From: Candidatus Nomurabacteria bacterium | Lineage (GTDB): Bacteria > Patescibacteriota > Minisyncoccia > Phycocordibacterales > UBA9973 | Direction of reading: 5' to 3' | Assembly (NCBI GenBank): GCA_025361085.1 | Contig: JANYAX010000036.1 | Span: 7,208-71,207, forward strand | Length of the DNA: 64,000 nucleotides | Part shown: in pieces, positions 59,106-64,000 of the stretch | Numbering within the stretch: position 1 is the first letter of the stretch | How the letters are laid out: the number at the start of each line of letters is the position of its first letter | Translations under genes and position numbers: made by a program | Notes under the pieces: model-generated | What the model was told of the DNA's origin: nothing | Seen by the model: the letters and a program-made list of their open reading frames with translations, nothing else | Databases searched by the model: none

Positions 59106-59111
59106 GTGTTT

Positions 59112-60077
59112 ATGAAATTTGACGATGCAATAGAAAAGTTTACGAATTGGAGACAATTCAAAGTGTGCGGAGAAACGGTAAAAAGGTACGACAAAGTGCT
59201 ACGCATTTTTTGTTTGTATCTACATAATCCGGATATAGAAAAAATAACGGTCGACCAAGTATTAAAATATCTAGGAGAGATGCAAACACTTGGATGGAAA
59301 AAGAATGGATTAAATATTGTTTGTATTGGGTTGAGAAAATTCTTTGAGTTTTATGAGATGCAAGGCTATAAAGTTATCAAAGCTGAATTAGTCCCAATAC
59401 TTAAAAAAGAATTTAAACTTCCGAGAATTGCGACGGAGGATGGATATGATGCTCTGCTTGAACAATTTCCTGCAGACTCAAACGATCCGCACCACATCCG
59501 CAATCGTGCCATCGCTATGCTCTTGTGGGATACAGGAGCCAGAAATGGAGAGATATTATCGCTCGATGTCGATGATCTAAACTTAGAAGAAAGGAAAGCA
59601 ATAATCAAAACAGAGAAGTCGCGAGGACGTAGACCAATTCGCGAAATATTCTGGCAAGAAAAAACAAACAAGGCTCTCAAAAATTGGATTGAGAAAAGAA
59701 AATATTTGATGAACATTATGAAGTTTCAAGACCAGAACGCTCTATTTATTTCAATTGCAACGTGTAATAAAAGTGTAAGGGGTGGAAGATTAAAAGTTTG
59801 TGGACTAGCAGAGATTTTGAGGACTGCATCGAATAGGGCAGGGATTCCAACTTTGAATGCTCACTCAATGAGACATTTTATGGGAAGAAGTATTATTGAA
59901 CAGGGAGGCTCAAACTCCGATGTTTCAAATATTCTTGGTCACTCATCCATGGACTCATCATGGATATATACGATGATGGCCGGACCGCAATTGCAAAAAC
60001 GATGGTCACATTTTAAAGAGGTAGCCGTCAAAGCTGTCACCGTAAAAACAGGGCGGTTCGGGAAGATGAGAATATAG
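59112..60077 (+). CDS. Tyrosine integrase
   Basis: DTGARNGE (R), KSR (K), AHSMRH (HxxR), LGH, IYT (Y); SAM-like N-domain; start at ATG 59112. Confidence 0.95.
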   Translation: MKFDDAIEKFTNWRQFKVCGETVKRYDKVLRIFCLYLHNPDIEKITVDQVLKYLGEMQTLGWKKNGLNIVCIGLRKFFEFYEMQGYKVIKAELVPILKKEFKLPRIATEDGYDALLEQFPADSNDPHHIRNRAIAMLLWDTGARNGEILSLDVDDLNLEERKAIIKTEKSRGRRPIREIFWQEKTNKALKNWIEKRKYLMNIMKFQDQNALFISIATCNKSVRGGRLKVCGLAEILRTASNRAGIPTLNAHSMRHFMGRSIIEQGGSNSDVSNILGHSSMDSSWIYTMMAGPQLQKRWSHFKEVAVKAVTVKTGRFGKMRI

Positions 60078-60099
60078 TCGTTGATAAATTGACTTTATC

Positions 60100-60115
60100 G
60101 TTTACATATGTAAAC
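60100..60115. promoter_or_regulatory. Palindromic operator O1
   Basis: GTTTACATATGTAAAC, 8 nt before ATG 60124; related copies at 60594 and 60628. Confidence 0.7.
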
Positions 60116-60123
60116 ATAGATAT

Positions 60124-60594
60124 ATGACTAAAAGAGAACAATTAGAGGAGAAAGTTAAAGAAATGACCAAAACACATGGCCGTAATGACTATAAAATTAT
60201 TGAATGTTTAGCATGTGGAAATGAATTTGTTGGTGGTACTACTGGCAAAAGATGTGATGACTGTAGTTTAGAAAACTCAAAAAAGAGAATGACCGGATTA
60301 AGTAAGTCAAAAATTGCAATCAAAAATAATGCTGTTGAAAGGAAGTGTTTCTTTTGCTCAAAAACAGAAAATACTCAAATACACCACATAGATAAAGATA
60401 AATTGAATAATGACATAAGCAATTTATTAATATTATGTAAAGGGTGTCATCTAAAATTACATGGCAAAATATACAATCCTCTTTTAAAGAGAGTATTTGC
60501 AATTCTCACAGAAGAGAGATTTTCTTATGAAGAGATTGGGGAGATGTTCGGGACTACTAGACAAAACGTCTATAAGTTGTTAAAAACCAAGTAG
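60124..60594 (+). CDS. Zinc-ribbon/HNH/HTH protein (candidate regulator)
   Basis: CLAC..CDDC; CFFC...IHHID...NN..NL..LCKGCH; FSYEEIGEMFGTTRQNVYKLL. Confidence 0.8.
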   Translation: MTKREQLEEKVKEMTKTHGRNDYKIIECLACGNEFVGGTTGKRCDDCSLENSKKRMTGLSKSKIAIKNNAVERKCFFCSKTENTQIHHIDKDKLNNDISNLLILCKGCHLKLHGKIYNPLLKRVFAILTEERFSYEEIGEMFGTTRQNVYKLLKTK

Positions 60595-60657
60595 TTTACA
60601 TTTGTAAAGTTATCCACAGGTTAAGGGGTTTACGTTTGTAATAGTAGAGTGTATAAT
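60594..60657 (+). promoter_or_regulatory. attR-facing promoter with operators O2/O3 and a DnaA box
   Basis: GTTTACATTTGTAAAG (60594), TTATCCACA (60610), GTTTACGTTTGTAATA (60628); TTTACG-17 bp-TATAAT. Confidence 0.7.
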
Positions 60658-60794
60658 GTTTAGAGTAGTTTGAAAGATGAATAAAAATATTTTGCTTGTC
60701 AGTAGAGAGTGTGAAAATATTCGCAACTTCTACCGACGAGCAAAGGCAGAGCAAGTTTTTATAAAAAAATATCCTTGCATGGTATCGTAACGAA

Positions 60795-60805
60795 ATGGGG
60801 TATAC
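60795..60805 (+). other. attR core
   Basis: ATGGGGTATAC. Confidence 0.88.
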
Positions 60806-60854
60806 CTACACGCTCGTAGATCATGTAGTAAAAACAGGGAATAGTATAAAATAA
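60795..60854 (+). pseudogene. Displaced original 3' end of gap
   Basis: Translates MGYTYTLVDHVVKTGNSIK*, homologous to the gap tail MGYTATLVEHVIKTGRTII*; stop is 5 nt before the rpiB ATG. Confidence 0.9.
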
Positions 60855-60859
60855 AAAAC

Positions 60860-61312
60860 ATGAAAATATACATAGGTTCAGACCACGCTGGTTACGAATT
60901 AAAAGAAAAACTAAAGATATTTTTAAAAGAATCTGGTCACGAAGTGACAGATAAGGGTGCTTTCAAATTAGATAGTGATGATGATTTCCCAGATTTTATT
61001 ATTCCAGTTGCAGAAGCTGTCGCCGAAGGTCCTGAGCTAGAAGAGCGAAGGGGAATTATTCTCGGTGGAAGTGGTGAAGGAGAAGCAATGTCTGCTAATA
61101 GAATTGATGGTGTAAGGGCTACAGAATACTACGGAGGTGATCCAGAAATAATAAAAGTCTCACGAGAACACAACGATGCCAATATTTTATCGCTCGGCGC
61201 ACGTTTTGTAACTGAAGAAGAAGCCGAAGAAGCTGTTCGATTGTTCCTCGAAACAAAATTTTCTGGCGATGAACGACACATTAGAAGACTAAAGAAGCTA
61301 GAAGCTGAATAA
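60860..61312 (+). CDS. rpiB: Ribose-5-phosphate isomerase B
   Basis: IGSDHAG, GGSGEGE, REHNDANILSLGAR, RHIRR. Confidence 0.96.
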   Translation: MKIYIGSDHAGYELKEKLKIFLKESGHEVTDKGAFKLDSDDDFPDFIIPVAEAVAEGPELEERRGIILGGSGEGEAMSANRIDGVRATEYYGGDPEIIKVSREHNDANILSLGARFVTEEEAEEAVRLFLETKFSGDERHIRRLKKLEAE

Positions 61313-61313
61313 T

Positions 61314-62024
61314 ATGACAGAAATAACTCCAGCAGTGCTTGTTGAAAATTTTAGTGAATTGAATGAGAAATTGGCCAAATTTGTAAACATTACAAAAATG
61401 ATTCAGATCGATATTTGTGATGGTAAATTTGTTCCATCTACTTCTTGGCCTTTCGACGAGCTCAGGGCAGGCCAAGATAAGCACGCAGTGGGTAGTAATT
61501 TGAAAAAGATTCTCGATGAAGAGGAAGGAATGCCGTTTTGGAATAGTATAGATTTTGAGTTTGATTTGATGGTTTTAAATGCCCACAAACAATTTGAATT
61601 TTTTTCAAAGCTTGGAGCCAAAAGTTTAGTATTTCATGTTGAAGCAGAAGATGAATATAGTTTCAAAGAATTTTTGGAGTCACTCGACCCATATTGGCGA
61701 GACAATATTAAAATAGGCGTTGCTATCAATACTACAACAGACATCACAAAGTTAGAACCTTTAATAAATTGTGTGGATTTTGTACAGTGCATGGGAATAG
61801 AAAAAGTTGGATTTCAAGGAGAAGCATTTGATGAAAGAGTTTTAAAACAGATTAAAGATTTAAGATTAAAGTATACAGAATTAAGTATAAGTGTTGATGG
61901 TGCAGTCAATGAAGAAACCGCACCTCTTCTTTTAGAAGCTGGAGCAAATCGCCTTGTTATCGGTTCTGCTATTCTAAATAGCTATGATATGAGAGAAACT
62001 ATCCGCGAATTTGAAAGATTATAA
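61314..62024 (+). CDS. rpe: Ribulose-phosphate 3-epimerase
   Basis: QIDICDGKFVP, DLMV, GFQG, SVDGAV, VIGSAI. Confidence 0.92.
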   Translation: MTEITPAVLVENFSELNEKLAKFVNITKMIQIDICDGKFVPSTSWPFDELRAGQDKHAVGSNLKKILDEEEGMPFWNSIDFEFDLMVLNAHKQFEFFSKLGAKSLVFHVEAEDEYSFKEFLESLDPYWRDNIKIGVAINTTTDITKLEPLINCVDFVQCMGIEKVGFQGEAFDERVLKQIKDLRLKYTELSISVDGAVNEETAPLLLEAGANRLVIGSAILNSYDMRETIREFERL

Positions 62025-62069
62025 TTTTATCGATGGTTTTTGTGTTTAATATTTGCTAAAATATAAAAT

Positions 62070-62906
62070 ATGGAAATGCTAAGTGACAAAAAAGTTAAAG
62101 AGTTAAAAATAAAAGCGAAAAATATTCGCGCTAGTATCATCGAAATGCTCGCCGAAGCTGGTAGTGGGCACACAGCCGGCGCGCTCGGGATGGCAGATAT
62201 TTTCGCCTTACTTTATTTTCATACATTAAAACACGACCCCAAAAATCCACTGATGGAAAGTAGAGATAGATTGGTATTGTCGAATGGTCATATTTGCCCT
62301 GTCTTGTATGCAACCATGGCCGAAGCTGGATATTTTCCTAAAGAAGAATTACTCACTTTACGTAAATTTGGGTCACGATTGCAAGGCCACCCACACCGTG
62401 AATATATGCCGTGGCTCGAGACATCATCTGGTCCACTTGGTTCAGGACTTTCACAAGCTGTCGGTATGGCAATTTCAGAAAAAATTTACGGCGGAATAAA
62501 AAATATATATGCAATTCTTTCAGATGGCGAACACGACGAAGGTAATACTTGGGAAGCGATAATGCTTGCAGGTAAAGAGAAACTCGCAAATCTAATTGTG
62601 ATAGTAGATCGAAATCATATTCAAATAAGTGGCAATACCGAGCGCATTATGCCACTCGGTGATTTGAAACAAAAATACAAAGATTTCGGGTGGAACATTT
62701 TTGAAGTTGATGGTCATGATTTCTGGCAAGTAAACAATGCTATTTTTCTTGCAAACAGAAACAAAGTTTCTCCATCAGTCATCATAGCAAATACTATTCC
62801 TGGCAAAGGTGTCAAAGAATGGGAACAAGATTATCATTGGCATGGCAAAGCACCAACCAAAGAAGAAGCCGAATCTGCATTAGAAAAACTAGAACCTAGC
62901 CACTAG
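62070..62906 (+). CDS. Transketolase, N-terminal (TPP-binding) subunit
   Basis: GSGH, LSNGH, LQGHP, SDGEHDEG..WEA, HWHG. Confidence 0.96.
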   Translation: MEMLSDKKVKELKIKAKNIRASIIEMLAEAGSGHTAGALGMADIFALLYFHTLKHDPKNPLMESRDRLVLSNGHICPVLYATMAEAGYFPKEELLTLRKFGSRLQGHPHREYMPWLETSSGPLGSGLSQAVGMAISEKIYGGIKNIYAILSDGEHDEGNTWEAIMLAGKEKLANLIVIVDRNHIQISGNTERIMPLGDLKQKYKDFGWNIFEVDGHDFWQVNNAIFLANRNKVSPSVIIANTIPGKGVKEWEQDYHWHGKAPTKEEAESALEKLEPSH

Positions 62907-62925
62907 CTACTAGAACCTAATTATT

Positions 62926-63930
62926 ATGCTAAATCAAAAATTAAAATTAAATACAAAAGTGTTCAATAGAGATGTTGAGAAAGTATCTACTCGCCAAGGT
63001 TTTGGTGAAGGTCTTCTCCAGATTGGAGTTTCGAATGAAAATGTTGTTGCACTATCGGCTGACCTCAAAGAATCGACAAAAGTAGATCTTTTTGCTGAGA
63101 AATTTCCCGATAGATACATCGAGCTAGGAGTAGCTGAACAAAATCTCGCAAGCGTTGCAAGTGGAATCGCTTCCATGGGTAAAATTCCATTTATCGCTTC
63201 ATATGGCATATTTAATCCGGGCCGTAATTGGGAACAAATTCGCACCACGATATGTTACAACAATCAACCCGTAAAAATTATCGGCTCACACACTGGGCTC
63301 TCAGTAGGCCAAGACGGGGGGTCACACCAAATGCTTGAAGATATTGCACTCACACGATCGATACCAAACATGGTTGTTATCTCACCATGCGACTCTATCG
63401 AGGCTAAAAAGGCGACAATCGCATGTGCAAAAACAAAAGACCCTACATATATACGACTCGCAAGAAATAATACTCCGATAATTACAACCGCAGATACTCC
63501 ATTCGAAATAGGAAAAGCCGGACTAGTTTTTGTTCCTGAAATCGGGCTGGCTCACGTTGGGATAATCGCGACAGGGACGATTTTATATAAAGCTATAATG
63601 GCTGCACATGAACTTGAAAAGAAAGGGATCAAAGTAAAAGTTTTAAATTTATCTACAATAAAACCACTAGATACTGAAGCGATAATTTCACTTGCAAGAG
63701 AAACTCGCGCCATTGTGACCGCAGAAGATCACCAGATTGCCGGAGGTATGGGTAGTGCAGTTTCGGAATGTATTGCACAAGAATATCCGATCCCGATTGA
63801 ATTTGTTGGAGTAGATGATGAATTTGGCCAATCAGGCATACCAGAAGAACTCGAAAAACACTACGGAATCGACACAGAGAGTATCATAAAAAGAGTAGAG
63901 AAAGTATTAAAAAGAAAAACCGCTAAATAG
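62926..63930 (+). CDS. Transketolase, C-terminal subunit
   Basis: LSADL, GVAEQN, GQDGGSHQ, YIRL, AEDH, FGQSG. Confidence 0.96.
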   Translation: MLNQKLKLNTKVFNRDVEKVSTRQGFGEGLLQIGVSNENVVALSADLKESTKVDLFAEKFPDRYIELGVAEQNLASVASGIASMGKIPFIASYGIFNPGRNWEQIRTTICYNNQPVKIIGSHTGLSVGQDGGSHQMLEDIALTRSIPNMVVISPCDSIEAKKATIACAKTKDPTYIRLARNNTPIITTADTPFEIGKAGLVFVPEIGLAHVGIIATGTILYKAIMAAHELEKKGIKVKVLNLSTIKPLDTEAIISLARETRAIVTAEDHQIAGGMGSAVSECIAQEYPIPIEFVGVDDEFGQSGIPEELEKHYGIDTESIIKRVEKVLKRKTAK

Positions 63931-63944
63931 TAGCGGTTTTTCTT
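63912..63944. terminator. Terminator after transketolase
   Basis: AAGAAAAACCGCTA-AATAG-TAGCGGTTTTTCTT. Confidence 0.8.
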
Positions 63945-64000
63945 AATTACTCTGTCTTTGTAGTTTTTTTTCTTTAAGTAATTTCATTTTATAATTTTCT

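Larger units (their letters stand above)
32834..60805 (+). mobile_element. Prophage (~27.96 kb, siphovirus-like, HK97-type head) integrated in gap
   Basis: Direct repeat ATGGGGTATAC at 32834-32844 and 60795-60805; recombination, replication, packaging, head, tail and lysis modules plus a tyrosine integrase, all on the + strand. Confidence 0.95.

Noticed and set aside
32834-60805. Stop-codon reassignment in the phage or host
   Set aside because: Genes are full-length under code 11, and TGA, TAG and TAA all terminate ORFs normally.
847-63248. Numerous antisense and alternate-frame ORFs in the track (e.g. 847-1317, 32431-32871, 46013-46363, 59366-59716)
   Set aside because: They are shadows of well-supported genes and have no recognisable motifs; none resembles a CI repressor.
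1-64000. CRISPR array, DGR or retron
   Set aside because: No regularly spaced direct repeats, no reverse transcriptase, and no template/variable repeat pair near the tail fibre gene were seen.

Overview
An AT-rich bacterial chromosome segment using the standard genetic code. Its gene content and style (minimal housekeeping genes, split transketolase, short archaeal-type AspRS, mostly no Shine-Dalgarno sequences, palindromic intergenic repeats) suggest a Patescibacteria/CPR (Parcubacteria-like) organism; this assignment is an inference. Bases 1-32.9 kb hold dnaK-dnaJ, a polyamine cluster (arginine decarboxylase, deoxyhypusine-synthase-like protein, agmatinase) and a very AT-rich island (SET domain, EamA, DUF2156-like protein, sensor kinase). 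They also hold cysS, rplU, recR, dnaB, trpS, a T-box-controlled aspS, scpAB, mraY-ftsW-murG, gltX, tRNA-Leu, gatB and gap. An apparently intact ~27.96-kb siphovirus-type prophage is integrated inside the 3' end of gap, with the 11-bp repeat ATGGGGTATAC at 32834 and 60795. It supplies a replacement GAPDH C-terminus and leaves the original tail 5 nt upstream of rpiB-rpe-tkt. All prophage genes lie on one strand and there is no classical divergent CI/Cro switch. It instead carries several structured non-coding RNAs, plus complementary segments at its two ends that could pair only after excision and would then disrupt the terminator in front of the early genes. This candidate excision-sensing antitermination switch is the main lead. 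All RNA structures were derived by eye and all protein calls from motif recognition, without database searches.
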